Of a DNA stretch of 64,000 bases, positions 35,584 to 45,409 are shown in pieces; the first letter of the stretch is position 1; each line of letters opens with the position of its first letter. The position numbers were made by a program, and so were the translations under genes. The stretch comes from Draconibacterium orientale (lineage in GTDB: Bacteria > Bacteroidota > Bacteroidia > Bacteroidales > FEN-979). The stretch is taken from contig DYSO01000001.1 of assembly GCA_020718225.1 (NCBI GenBank), positions 10,968-74,967 of the forward strand. The letters are read 5' to 3'. The notes under the pieces are model-generated. The model saw only the letters and a list, made by a program, of their open reading frames with translations, searched no databases and was not told the origin of the DNA.

Positions 35584-36942
35584 ATGAAAAATTTTATTAT
35601 CATTTCCTTATCGTGGTTACTGGCTTTCCTTCATATGAGCGGAAATGGTCAACCTTTGCAGTTCACCGGGCATCTGGTTTATCAGACAACAAGCCGGATT
35701 TTCTTTACAGCCACATCTGACCTTGATAAGGATGGCGACCAGGATATATTGTTTACCCAACCCAATCAGAATATCCTGAGCTGGTTTGAGAATCAGGGTG
35801 ATGGAAATTTCATCATCCGGGAGGTAGGGGAATTCCCTGAGGCATTCTCCACCTGGGTTGTTGATATTGACTTTGATGGAGATAATGACATTCTGGCTTC
35901 TTCCTATGACCCTTCAAAAGTGGTTCTGTTTGAGAATGACGGAAACCAGAATTTCACACTCCATTTGTTATCGGAAGCGGTCCCTCATCCACTGACCATA
36001 ACTGCAGCAGATATCGACAAGGATGGAGATTACGACATCGCCTGTGCTACCCAGGATGCCGGCAAGGGAATGATGCTGCTCCGGAATGATGGGAATCTGG
36101 TTTTTACACCCGTTGATCTCAGCGCTCAGCCCTATTCCAGTACCTGGGCCCAGATCATCGATCTCGACAAGGACGGGGATTGGGATGTTCTCGGAAATAA
36201 TTTCAAACCAACCGGAGGGATTTTATGGTATGAACAAACGGCTCCGTTTGTTTTCACCGAGCGCCTAATCCCTTTTGCCAATACGCATGGATTTACCGCT
36301 GCTGATATTGATGGCGATGGAAATATCGACCTGGCTGCCGTATCCTGTGGAAATAAGCTTGCCTGGTTCAGGAACGACGGCAATAATAATTTTACGTCTG
36401 AAATCCTGGCCAGCAATTTCGATTGCGCCGTATCTGTTACGACGGCTGACCTTGATCTGAACTCGGAAACTGACCTCGTGGCTTCATCCTGGAGCAACGA
36501 TAAAGTTGCCTGGTGGGAGAACAACGGAAACCAGGAATTCACCATGCACACGATCAGTGATACGATGTTAAGACCCAATTGCATTTTTGTTGCAGATTTC
36601 AACAACGACGATCTTCCGGATGTTGTTTCAGGCGGATATTCAGGCACCCTGATCTGGTGGGAAAATAGCGGGCATGGGGTTGGAAACTCAGACAACATGA
36701 ATGAACCATTGGCCGAAATCAGTTTCAATCATAAAACAAGATGTGTGGAAATATTCATCCACCCCGGTTTTACCTCCGCTACGGCTACCCTTTGTGATGT
36801 AAGCGGCAAGCAGGTTTTTCCTGCTGTGGTTTTTTCAAATTCTATCCAATTGCATTGCGATACGCTGAAACCGGGATTTTATCTGGTTAAACTGGAATCA
36901 GCCGAATGGTCGGTTATCCGTAAAATTATGATATTGCGTTAA
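35584..36942 (+). CDS. FG-GAP/VCBS repeat protein with T9SS C-terminal sorting domain
   Basis: Signal peptide from ATG 35584. Repeated D-x-D-x-D-G-D loops (DLDKDGDQDI, DIDFDGDNDI, DIDKDGDYDI, DLDKDGDWDV, DIDGDGNIDL). The C-terminal GFYLVKLESAEWSVIRKIMILR is T9SS-CTD-like. Confidence 0.8.
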   Translation: MKNFIIISLSWLLAFLHMSGNGQPLQFTGHLVYQTTSRIFFTATSDLDKDGDQDILFTQPNQNILSWFENQGDGNFIIREVGEFPEAFSTWVVDIDFDGDNDILASSYDPSKVVLFENDGNQNFTLHLLSEAVPHPLTITAADIDKDGDYDIACATQDAGKGMMLLRNDGNLVFTPVDLSAQPYSSTWAQIIDLDKDGDWDVLGNNFKPTGGILWYEQTAPFVFTERLIPFANTHGFTAADIDGDGNIDLAAVSCGNKLAWFRNDGNNNFTSEILASNFDCAVSVTTADLDLNSETDLVASSWSNDKVAWWENNGNQEFTMHTISDTMLRPNCIFVADFNNDDLPDVVSGGYSGTLIWWENSGHGVGNSDNMNEPLAEISFNHKTRCVEIFIHPGFTSATATLCDVSGKQVFPAVVFSNSIQLHCDTLKPGFYLVKLESAEWSVIRKIMILR

Positions 36943-36960
36943 ACCGCCCATCCTCTTTTT

Positions 36961-37155
36961 ATGCAACAACCAGTTGTTTTTCCCGTACTTGAAACCCGGA
37001 GACTGATACTCCGGCAACCGGAACCAGAAGATGCAGCTTCAATCCTGAGGTTAAGAAGTGAAACAGAAATGCTTAAGTATATTGAAATGTACAAACTCCA
37101 ATCCCTGGATGAAGTGCGAGAGATGATAGAATCAAACGGAAGTTATCTCGCTTGA
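36961..37155 (+). pseudogene. GNAT (RimJ/RimL-like) acetyltransferase, N-terminal stub
   Basis: FPVLETRRLILRQPEPEDAASILRLRS is the typical N-terminal strand/helix of ~175-aa GNATs. Only 64 codons remain before a stop. The acetyl-CoA motif is absent. Confidence 0.55.
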
Positions 37156-37177
37156 TTGTTTTTTATTCTGAAAAATT

Positions 37178-37459
37178 AATATTGAGCCCACTCCGAAAAG
37201 TATTTTTTTTACGACATCGACACAATCATTACGCTATTGCTTGGGACATCGGGCCCCATCCCCCCGGCCCCCTTCCCCAAAAAGGGAAGGGGGCGGGTTG
37301 TGCTAATAATTCATAACGCTGTTAATCAAAGTGTTAGATTGATTAGAACACACCTCCCCTCCATTTTTGGGGAGGGGCCGGGGGTGGGGTACAATAAAGG
37401 ACGATATGATAAATAGCATACCATTATTTGTTTTGCCTTTTCGGAGGGGACTCAATATT
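37178..37459. mobile_element. 282-bp nested imperfect palindrome (MITE-like element)
   Basis: Outer inverted repeat aatattgagcccactccgaaaag (37178-37200) versus cttttcggaggggactcaatatt (37437-37459), 21/23 complementary. Inner GC-rich inverted repeat ccccatccccccggcccc (37254-37271) versus ggggccgggggtgggg (37374-37389). Local hairpins at 37268-37293 and 37353-37375. All share the same symmetry centre near 37320. Confidence 0.5.
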
Positions 37460-38081
37460 CAAAACCATATACCTGAAACGTTCCATCTGAAAACAACCAG
37501 CAGATTTCAGTCAATAGTCCATCGGGATTGTAAGTAAAACGAATTTCAGCAAAGGATCCGTCTCCGCCATGGTATGTTCCGGTAGCCAGCAGTTTTTCAG
37601 TTGTGTGAGTGAAATCCGCTGAACCTGTAAGCCATCCATCCACATTCCTGTAAACTGCCTTTATTAGCAATCCTCCGGTGCCATACAGGTAAGACTCATT
37701 ACTGATAATCGAATCGCCAATACCGGATACACGGCTAATGAGATGGCCGGCCGCATCGTAGGCATACGAGAAAATCATTTTCCGGCCATCGGGTAGCATC
37801 CGGCTGGAGCTTTTCAATCGGCCATCTTCAAGGTATTCAAAGGAGGTAATCGTCCTGAATCCATCGGAACGGATGAATTCCTTTTTATACAATAATCCTC
37901 TTTGATCATAAAAATATTCAGAGGGTCCGCCAACTTTATCGTTAAAAGAATAATTTTCCCGAATGATCTTATTGCCTGAAGTCATGGTAAAAAACGGAGA
38001 GGAATAAAAGCGCCTGGTCTGGGCCTTCACGAATTGATCAGGAAGGATGAGGCAGATAAGTAAAAGCCAGCAGGATTTCAT
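37452..38081 (-). CDS. small secreted protein with YD/RHS-like repeats
   Basis: Signal peptide MKSCWLLLICLILPDQFVKAQ. Repeated Y-x-Y-D-x-x-G-x-L pattern (FYDQRGLLYKK, FEYLEDGRLKSS, YAYDAAGHLISR, FTYNPDGLLTEI). Confidence 0.5.
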   Translation of the reverse strand: MKSCWLLLICLILPDQFVKAQTRRFYSSPFFTMTSGNKIIRENYSFNDKVGGPSEYFYDQRGLLYKKEFIRSDGFRTITSFEYLEDGRLKSSSRMLPDGRKMIFSYAYDAAGHLISRVSGIGDSIISNESYLYGTGGLLIKAVYRNVDGWLTGSADFTHTTEKLLATGTYHGGDGSFAEIRFTYNPDGLLTEICWLFSDGTFQVYGFEY

Positions 38082-38092
38082 ACGAATTTTTA

Positions 38093-39742
38093 TTACAGGA
38101 TGATCATTTTGCGGGTAAGCCGAAAGCTGTTTCCCTCCATCGCACAGGTGTACAGTCCGGCAGGAAGACCGTTTGCTGAAAAACCAAGCTGGTATTCCCC
38201 TCCGGGCATAACTTGGTTCAGCAACTTTGTCACGATTTTTCCCTGACTATTGTAGATCTGCAGGGTGATATAATCAGGGCAGGGCAGAAAAAAATTAAAT
38301 GAGGTAAATTCCCGGCATGGATTTGGCTCATTCTGATCAAGCCTTGGCCCCATTCCCCTGTATTTAATACCGTGGAGGCCGGTTGCAGTATTCAGGTTTT
38401 CGTACAGTTTTACTGAAGTCCAGGTTGAAAGCGATAAATCAGAGTCTGTGGAATAAGTATAATGGACGCTGATCAGGTCGCCGGGAGAGGGAGCCACCGA
38501 AAAGGAAATCCAGCCATCGGTAAGATCATAGCAATACTCTTCACCTGGAATAAGGATCCCGTTTTTATCTACAGAAGTGATTTGCTGTATGGGTTGTTTC
38601 CCGATATAAAACATTTTTTTACTGCCATTGCCTTGAAGTGTTTTCAAAGTATCGACCAGGCCGTCATTATCATAATCTGCCCAGGAGATTTGCTGGGTAC
38701 CTGAACCTACAGATTTTTCCCAGGAGAAAGTGTTGGCCAGCATTCCATTTATATTTTTGAAGATCCCCAATGCTGAATTCCATGACCCTGCAGCGAGGTC
38801 CAAATCCCCATCCCCATTGGCATCAGCCCAGGCTACGGCTGAGGGTTCTGTGCCCGGTAACGAAACCCATTGCGGAATAGTATCTAAAATACCATTGATG
38901 TTTTTAAACAGGAAGAACTTTTCGCCTGGCGATGCAACAGCCAAATCGGGATAACCATCATTATCAACATCTCCAAAAGCCAGTTGTCTTCCGCCGGCTA
39001 TTTGTCGCGAATGCCAGGAAGGAGAAGTTTCCAGTATACCGTTATTGTTATAAAAAATCAGGATCCCCTTGGTGCGGGCGCCCAGGGCCAGGTCCGGATC
39101 CCCGTCGAGGTCGATATCGGCAAAAGCCACGTCAGTGCCATAATAGGAACTATCGGATTGCCATTCAGGAATGGAATCAAATGAGCCATTGGTATTGATA
39201 AAAAGAAAAACCTTTTCCTTTTTGGATGTGGCATAATCGCCCCTGGCAAAGACCAGGTCAATGTCCCCGTCGCCATCGATATCACCTCCGGCACAGGAAA
39301 AGGCATTTCCGGGCTGTGACAGCCATCCGGGTGTTGGCGGCATTCCTGAATCGTTCATAAAAATATAATTGGGAACGGGGAGCATGCTGTTTGAAATCAG
39401 TCCCAGGCTTGCCACCGCAATATCTACATCTCCGTTATGATCGAAATCATTCAGGTATATATTGCATCCGGGCGCCAGGTAAGCGGAGATCCATCCTGCT
39501 GTTGCCGATAGGATTCCCGAATCATTATAATAAATCAAAGTGGGACCATTCACAATATCGAGCCCTGCAGAAACTGCCAGGTCCGGATACCCGTTATGAT
39601 CAAAATCAGCCCAGCCTATTCCGGTGGGGTAATTTTTTGAGACCTGCCAGACCGGAGAACCGGAAAAATTGAATTGTGCGCTGGCATGCAAACCGATTAC
39701 GAACATGAGTAAAATACTTTGTGTTTTCATGGCTGTTTTCAT
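38093..39742 (-). CDS. FG-GAP/VCBS repeat protein with T9SS C-terminal sorting domain
   Basis: Signal peptide from ATG 39742. Repeats FDHNGYPDLAV, GDIDGDGDIDLV, ADIDLDGDPDLA, GDVDNDGYPDLAV, ADANGDGDLDLA. C-terminal PNPCREFTSFNF...GLYTCAMEGNSFRLTRKMIIL. Confidence 0.8.
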   Translation of the reverse strand: MKTAMKTQSILLMFVIGLHASAQFNFSGSPVWQVSKNYPTGIGWADFDHNGYPDLAVSAGLDIVNGPTLIYYNDSGILSATAGWISAYLAPGCNIYLNDFDHNGDVDIAVASLGLISNSMLPVPNYIFMNDSGMPPTPGWLSQPGNAFSCAGGDIDGDGDIDLVFARGDYATSKKEKVFLFINTNGSFDSIPEWQSDSSYYGTDVAFADIDLDGDPDLALGARTKGILIFYNNNGILETSPSWHSRQIAGGRQLAFGDVDNDGYPDLAVASPGEKFFLFKNINGILDTIPQWVSLPGTEPSAVAWADANGDGDLDLAAGSWNSALGIFKNINGMLANTFSWEKSVGSGTQQISWADYDNDGLVDTLKTLQGNGSKKMFYIGKQPIQQITSVDKNGILIPGEEYCYDLTDGWISFSVAPSPGDLISVHYTYSTDSDLSLSTWTSVKLYENLNTATGLHGIKYRGMGPRLDQNEPNPCREFTSFNFFLPCPDYITLQIYNSQGKIVTKLLNQVMPGGEYQLGFSANGLPAGLYTCAMEGNSFRLTRKMIIL

Positions 39743-39852
39743 GGGGAATGTTTTAAAATACAAAAATGGGGTCTTCTGATTGGGAATCAAAACACTTTTG
39801 ACCAACGCCGGATTTTTCCTGACAAGAATAATTAAAGGATTTGCATATCGGC

Positions 39853-40047
39853 CTAAGGCTCCAGGTATTTCGAAAATTTTTCATCGATGTGCTGATTGAA
39901 CCACCGGTCGATGACTGATTTACGAAACCTCCATTCCTTTCCCAGTTTGGCAGCCGGAATTTTACCGTCCTGGGCCCAGGTATAGATCGTCTGTGGCTTA
40001 AGTTTCAAGTATCCGGCCACCTCCTCTAAGGTCATGATATCCTCCAT
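39853..40047 (-). CDS. excisionase-family HTH DNA-binding protein
   Basis: MTLEEVAGYLKLKPQTIYTWAQDGKIPAAKLGKEWRFRKSVIDRWF is a close match to the excisionase-family DNA-binding-domain pattern. Confidence 0.8.
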   Translation of the reverse strand: MEDIMTLEEVAGYLKLKPQTIYTWAQDGKIPAAKLGKEWRFRKSVIDRWFNQHIDEKFSKYLEP

Positions 40048-40050
40048 TTG

Positions 40051-40839
40051 CTATTTCCCGATTTGATTCAATAGTTTATCTGCTCCGGTTGTTTTGATAT
40101 TACTTGAGTCGGAAACGTCTCCCGGGGTTCTGATCACCTCAATCTTTTTCGCTTTCTCCGGCGAAACAAGCTGCTCAACCGAATAAACAATGGCGGTATA
40201 AAAATTACCTTCGTATTTTCTGAAAAATTTAAACTCCTCATGCTTCTCACAAAGGAAAGGTCTTAAGTTCCATGCTAACTGGATGCCGACAAATGCCAGG
40301 ATGATGATCCATATCCTGAACACGGCAACCCCGATCTGCGGATAGATGCTTTTATTTTCGCAGGCATATTTTAATGCATCGATCATGAGCCGCATGCCGA
40401 AAACACCTGCAAAAATAAAGATGGCCACGTGCAGGAGCTGTAGAAAATGGTAATTTCCGCCGGTAACCTGAAATACAATCACAATGGGGGCAAACGATAA
40501 CGCGATGGTCGCTGTGAGAACCACGCCGCTTAATACGATCACGATCATTTGCCTGACGCTCATCTTCGACCCCAGCACCTGCTGGATGATAAAAAAGGAG
40601 GGGAAACAGATGATGATCGTTGAGAGAAACAGGATGATGACCTTCAAACCGGTAACAGCCGATTGCAGAACACTGTGGTAGCTCCCCATCACCATGCCGT
40701 AAAGAAAGGCAAAGGTGCAGATCAGCAGGAGCTGATTAAATATCAACCGGTTGGATTGTTTTGTGTTGATGTCGTTGAAATACGACTCCTTGTTCTGGAA
40801 GATTTTAAATACTTCCCTGATCCCTATAAATGTTTTCAT
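40051..40839 (-). CDS. multi-pass membrane protein, unknown function
   Basis: 262 aa with about 6 hydrophobic segments. It lies 3 nt upstream of the HTH gene on the same strand. No family recognised. Confidence 0.55.
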   Translation of the reverse strand: MKTFIGIREVFKIFQNKESYFNDINTKQSNRLIFNQLLLICTFAFLYGMVMGSYHSVLQSAVTGLKVIILFLSTIIICFPSFFIIQQVLGSKMSVRQMIVIVLSGVVLTATIALSFAPIVIVFQVTGGNYHFLQLLHVAIFIFAGVFGMRLMIDALKYACENKSIYPQIGVAVFRIWIIILAFVGIQLAWNLRPFLCEKHEEFKFFRKYEGNFYTAIVYSVEQLVSPEKAKKIEVIRTPGDVSDSSNIKTTGADKLLNQIGK

Positions 40840-41108
40840 GTTGGAAGATTATATTTTCCCCCAAAGATAATAAATAAATCATTGTTTGTTACTGTTTGTT
40901 AATATTATTTATTGTATGATGCTGTTTTATTTGTGATAACCTGTGCGAACAGTGAATGCTCGTGTAGTTTGATCCCTGTATTTCCCGATGATTTTCCTGC
41001 AAAGCGGCGATCCGCACCGGCGCTCATCGGTCGCCACATTGAAGAGGTAGTTAACCACCTTACAGAATTATTTGCTCTTAATCGGCAAATGAATTATCAA
41101 CGATTGCA

Positions 41109-41116
41109 TACATTTG
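41109..41116 (+). promoter_or_regulatory. TAnnTTTG -7 box upstream of the C1 peptidase
   Basis: tacatttg lies 34 nt upstream of ATG 41151. Confidence 0.4.
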
Positions 41117-41150
41117 TACAAACCAATTATTTGCCGTAAAAATTCCATCC

Positions 41151-42392
41151 ATGAAAAAATTCATTTTTACGATTGCCGCGCTGATCGTGGCCGCCACGGT
41201 ACACGCTCAGCAACCGAAGACCCCCGGGGTCATGAAAGAAGGGAAACCCGGGTATTTCCAGAACACCATCATGAAGGACATCCGGGCGGTGGATGAAGGC
41301 GCCGAACCCGCAAAAAAGGAGAAGCGATTCCAGGCCGACCTCAGCGGGATGAGCTTTCCGAACAAGGTGAACCTGTATCAATCCGAATGGCGCCTGCCGC
41401 CGGTATCACAGGGAAACACCAACACCTGCTGGTGCTTTTCAACCACCTCCTTTTTTGAATCGGAAGTACACCGGCTCACCGGAAAAGAGGTCAAACTTTC
41501 GGAGATGTTCACGGTTTACTGGGAATATGTGGAACGCGCCAAACGATTTGTTGCGGAAAGGGGAAATTCGGCTTTTTCCGAAGGTTCCGAGGCCAATGCC
41601 GTGATCCGCGAGTACAAAAAATATGGGATCGTCCCGAAGGAAGTTTACAGCGGAATGGAAGCCGGGCGTAAATTCTTTACCCATGAGAAAATGTTCGGGG
41701 AACTGAGCCGGTACATGGAGGGGGTGAAGAACGCCAATGCCTGGAACGAAGAGGAAGTCGTGGCAACCGTGAAAAGCATTCTGAACCATTACATGGGCAT
41801 ACCCCCCGAATCATTCGAATGGAAAGGGACGAAATATACCCCCAAAGAATTCCTTTCCGATTATCTCAAACTGCAGATGGATGATTACGTGGATATTACT
41901 TCATACCTACAGCAGCCATTCTGGCAGAAAGTGGAATATGAAGTGCCCGACAACTGGTGGCACAGCAAGGATTATTATAATGTTCCCCTGGAGGATTACA
42001 TGAATGCCATTAAAAATGCGATCCGTAACCATTACACCCTGGTGATTGGCGGAGATGTTTCGGAAGCCGGATTCAACCGTGAAGCGCAGGTAGCGCTGGT
42101 CCCGGGCTTTGATATTGCCGTTGCCGACATCGACGATAACGCACGACAGTTCAGGTTTTCCAATTCCACCACCACCGACGATCACGGCCTGCACCTGGTG
42201 GGCTGGTACGAAAAGGACGGTACCGACTGGTATCTTATCAAGGATTCCGGTTCAGGATCTCGGAACAACGACGAAACCTCCCCTGAGTTTGGCTACTATT
42301 TTTTCAGGGGCGATTACATAAGGCTGAAGATGATGGATATCCTGGTACATAAGGATGCCGTGAAGGATCTGCTTCAGAAGTGCGGGAAGTGA
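41151..42392 (+). CDS. C1-family cysteine peptidase (aminopeptidase C / bleomycin hydrolase-like), secreted
   Basis: Signal peptide MKKFIFTIAALIVAATVHAQ. Active-site context QGNTNTCWCFSTTSFFESE and a later H (DDHGLHLVGW) fit the C1B arrangement. Confidence 0.82.
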   Translation: MKKFIFTIAALIVAATVHAQQPKTPGVMKEGKPGYFQNTIMKDIRAVDEGAEPAKKEKRFQADLSGMSFPNKVNLYQSEWRLPPVSQGNTNTCWCFSTTSFFESEVHRLTGKEVKLSEMFTVYWEYVERAKRFVAERGNSAFSEGSEANAVIREYKKYGIVPKEVYSGMEAGRKFFTHEKMFGELSRYMEGVKNANAWNEEEVVATVKSILNHYMGIPPESFEWKGTKYTPKEFLSDYLKLQMDDYVDITSYLQQPFWQKVEYEVPDNWWHSKDYYNVPLEDYMNAIKNAIRNHYTLVIGGDVSEAGFNREAQVALVPGFDIAVADIDDNARQFRFSNSTTTDDHGLHLVGWYEKDGTDWYLIKDSGSGSRNNDETSPEFGYYFFRGDYIRLKMMDILVHKDAVKDLLQKCGK

Positions 42393-42532
42393 ATACCGGG
42401 TGGCGATAGGCGATAGTCCTTCATCTGCGTGAACCCGGATTGGAGGTCGATCCTGAACTGTTCATAAAAACATAGCTGTTATCTGATGAATTATTCGTTT
42501 TAAAAAGCACTTTTGATGCGTAAAAGAATTTT

Positions 42533-45406
42533 ATGTACGATATCTACCTGCTCAACGATCTTAATCCCGGCAAACTTCGCAGGACATTTGATAAAACCCT
42601 GGAAGAACTCGCCTCGGGAAATTTTACGGCGGCTGAAGTAAAGAAAATGCCCAACACGGGCTATTACAGGGCAAAGCTTGACCAGGAAAACCGGTTGCTG
42701 TTCCGCTTCGGCAGGCATAATGACCAGATTTGTCTTCTGGTACTGGAACTGATCCTCAACCACGATTATGCAAAATCGAGGTTTCTCAGAGGCTCTTCAG
42801 TTGACGAATCGAACCTTCAGCCTTTTAATAACGAGGCTGCCTTACCAACCGAAGATCTGGTGAGCCTCCCTTATATCAATAAAAAATATCCCAAATTCCA
42901 CCTGCTCGATAAGTTCCTTTCGTTCGACGACATGCAGGAGGAAATTCTCCAGTATCCCCTGCCCCAGATCATCATCGGATCGGCAGGAAGCGGAAAAACG
43001 GCCCTGACCCTCGAAAAGATCAAGACACTTAAAGGCCGCATCCTTTATGTGACCCTTTCATCCTACCTGGCCGAAAATTCCTCCCGGTGGTATTATTCCC
43101 ACAATTTTGAGGACGAACAGCAGGAGATTGACTTTCTCTCATACCGCGAATTCATTGAAACCATCCGTATTCCCGAAGGAAAGGAAATGGATTTCAGGAT
43201 CTTCCTGCGGTGGTTTTGGGGATTCAGACAATCCACAGGCCTTAAGGATTCCCATAAAGTGTATGAAGAATTCAGGGGAGTGATCACCGGGATGGATATT
43301 TCCAAGGAGCATCTTTCATATGAAGATTACATGTCACTCGGAGTTAAACAATCCATTTTCCTTTCTTCCGAACGTGAAACCGTATATGCCTTGTTTACGA
43401 AATACCTGCTATTCCTGAAAGAAGAAGGGTATTATGATATCAACATGTATTCACATGGTTTGCTGGAGCATAGCAGTGCGGTATATGATTACATCATTGT
43501 GGATGAGGTACAGGATTTTACCAATATACAGCTTTTTTTAATCCTGAAAACCCTGGTCAAACCTGTAAATTTCATCCTTTGCGGCGACGCGAACCAGGTT
43601 GTCCACCCCAATTTCTTCTCTTGGTCCCATCTTAAGACCATGTTCTACCGAAATGATCTCAGGGGAGATGAAATCCGCATACTTCATGCCAATTACCGGA
43701 ATACACAAGTAGTGTCGGACCTTGCAAACCGTTTGCTCAATCTCAAGATCGCCCGTTTCGGTTCCATTGATAAAGAAAGTAATTATCTGGTGAGGACTGT
43801 TTCCCGGAATGCAGGCGAAATGGTGTTTCTCGAAGAAAAGCATAAAACGGTTGCGGACCTTGCCCGGAAAACAGGGAAATCGGTGAATTACGCGGTGCTC
43901 GTATTGCGTAACGAGGACAAACAAAGGGCTGCTAACCTCTTTCCATCTCCCCTGCTCTTCTCGGTACAAGAATCGAAGGGGCTTGAGTACGAAAATATCA
44001 TCCTCTGCAATTTCATCTCCGATAATGCCTCCGAATTCAATGAAATATGTGATGGCGTTAGCGCTGAGGCCGTTCATGGCGAGGAACCTATATATTCGAG
44101 GGGCAGAGATAAGACCGATAAATCGCTCGATGCCTATAAGTTTTATATCAACTCCCTGTACGTGGCCATTACAAGGGCCGTGAAAAATGTCTATATCGTG
44201 GAAAAAACCAGGGGACATAAACTCATCAGCCTGCTTGGAATTTCTGAGGAGGTGAGGGAAAAGGTCATTAAAGAGGATGTTTCTTCGGCGGATGACTGGA
44301 AGCGGGAGGCCCGGCGACTTGAAATGATGGGCAAAGCCGAACAGGCTGAAGCCATCCGTAAGAATATCCTGGTAACGGTCAAACCCTACTGGGAACCCAT
44401 GACCATTGAGAAATATATAACTGCAAAAGAAGAGGCGCTCAATCCCGAACACTTCAATAAGAAAGCCAAGGACAAGTTGTTTGATTTTGCCCTGATCCAC
44501 AATCAGGTCCTGATTCTTGAAAAACTTGCCGGGTTGAATTACCACAAAGCCGAAAAACCCGAAGATGAGCGCAGCTCCCTCTTCCGCAAGTATTACCAGT
44601 ATTACAGGGACGATAACCTGAAGATGGTGGTGCAGGAAATCAATAAATTCGGGATTGATTACCGGGATGTCCACAACTTTACCCCCTTGCATGCCGCGGT
44701 ATTCTCAGGGGCTGTTAAGATCTTCACCGCCCTGCTGCAAAACGGGGCCAATCCGGAATTACAGGATACTTTTTTCAAAACCCCTTTACAGATTGCCCTT
44801 CAACAGGCTTTTACCAACCCCGATTACGCTAAAAACAAACTTGGGAAAATTTACCCTATGCTCCTTACCGCTTCACTGGCTATTCAGGTTAGCGGACAAC
44901 TTATCAAAATCGATCCCCATAAAGCCGAATTCCTGATGGTGAACCTGTTTATAGCGGTTCAGTCTTCTATCATGCAGACAAAACATTATTTCCAGGCCCA
45001 GGGGTTGCTGGTCGATGACCTGCTTACTCATATTACGAATTTTCCCGAAACGGTTTTGCCCGCCTACCGCAAGAAGCGGGAATACTGGCTGGCCCTTCTG
45101 TCCAAACACGAAAGCGGGAGCAATAATGTTTACTGCAAAAAACTTTTCTGCCGTGTGCAGAGGGGGGCATACGTCCTTAACTCCTTGATGCTCATTCGTT
45201 TCGGTGAAACCTGGATCCCTGTGCATGAAATCATTAACAGCCAGGGCATCAGTAGTTACGATATAAAGACCCATTCGATGGAAAAGCAACAGAAAAGAAT
45301 GGAGGAAAGCAAACGCCGGTGGGAAAAAGAACAGAAGAAACGTGAGAAAGAGGCCAGGGAACGCGAGAAATGGGAACGCAACAGGTACGGAGGATATCAG
45401 AGATAA
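42533..45406 (+). CDS. SF1 (UvrD/Rep-like) helicase with RelE/ParE-like N-terminal domain, ankyrin repeats and a Lys/Glu-rich tail
   Basis: Helicase motifs IIGSAGSGKTALT (I), IIVDEVQDF (II), ILCGDANQVV (III), LHANYRNT (IV), SVQESKGLEYENIIL and LYVAITRAVKNVYIV (VI). N-terminal GYYRAKLDQENRLLFRF...ICLLVLELILNHDY resembles the RelE/ParE C-terminal pattern. Ankyrin TPLHAAVFSGAVKIFTALLQNGANPELQD..KTPLQIAL. Tail EKQQKRMEESKRRWEKEQKKREKEAREREKWERNRY. Confidence 0.8.
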   Translation: MYDIYLLNDLNPGKLRRTFDKTLEELASGNFTAAEVKKMPNTGYYRAKLDQENRLLFRFGRHNDQICLLVLELILNHDYAKSRFLRGSSVDESNLQPFNNEAALPTEDLVSLPYINKKYPKFHLLDKFLSFDDMQEEILQYPLPQIIIGSAGSGKTALTLEKIKTLKGRILYVTLSSYLAENSSRWYYSHNFEDEQQEIDFLSYREFIETIRIPEGKEMDFRIFLRWFWGFRQSTGLKDSHKVYEEFRGVITGMDISKEHLSYEDYMSLGVKQSIFLSSERETVYALFTKYLLFLKEEGYYDINMYSHGLLEHSSAVYDYIIVDEVQDFTNIQLFLILKTLVKPVNFILCGDANQVVHPNFFSWSHLKTMFYRNDLRGDEIRILHANYRNTQVVSDLANRLLNLKIARFGSIDKESNYLVRTVSRNAGEMVFLEEKHKTVADLARKTGKSVNYAVLVLRNEDKQRAANLFPSPLLFSVQESKGLEYENIILCNFISDNASEFNEICDGVSAEAVHGEEPIYSRGRDKTDKSLDAYKFYINSLYVAITRAVKNVYIVEKTRGHKLISLLGISEEVREKVIKEDVSSADDWKREARRLEMMGKAEQAEAIRKNILVTVKPYWEPMTIEKYITAKEEALNPEHFNKKAKDKLFDFALIHNQVLILEKLAGLNYHKAEKPEDERSSLFRKYYQYYRDDNLKMVVQEINKFGIDYRDVHNFTPLHAAVFSGAVKIFTALLQNGANPELQDTFFKTPLQIALQQAFTNPDYAKNKLGKIYPMLLTASLAIQVSGQLIKIDPHKAEFLMVNLFIAVQSSIMQTKHYFQAQGLLVDDLLTHITNFPETVLPAYRKKREYWLALLSKHESGSNNVYCKKLFCRVQRGAYVLNSLMLIRFGETWIPVHEIINSQGISSYDIKTHSMEKQQKRMEESKRRWEKEQKKREKEAREREKWERNRYGGYQR

Positions 45407-45409
45407 TAT

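Noticed and set aside
36132-36728. 198-aa minus-strand ORF
   Set aside because: It is antisense to the FG-GAP/T9SS gene and serine/leucine-rich with no motifs.
43538-44692. 384-aa minus-strand ORF (also 44873..45433, 186 aa)
   Set aside because: It lies entirely antisense to the helicase gene, whose SF1 motifs are clear. The antisense product is low-complexity with no motifs.
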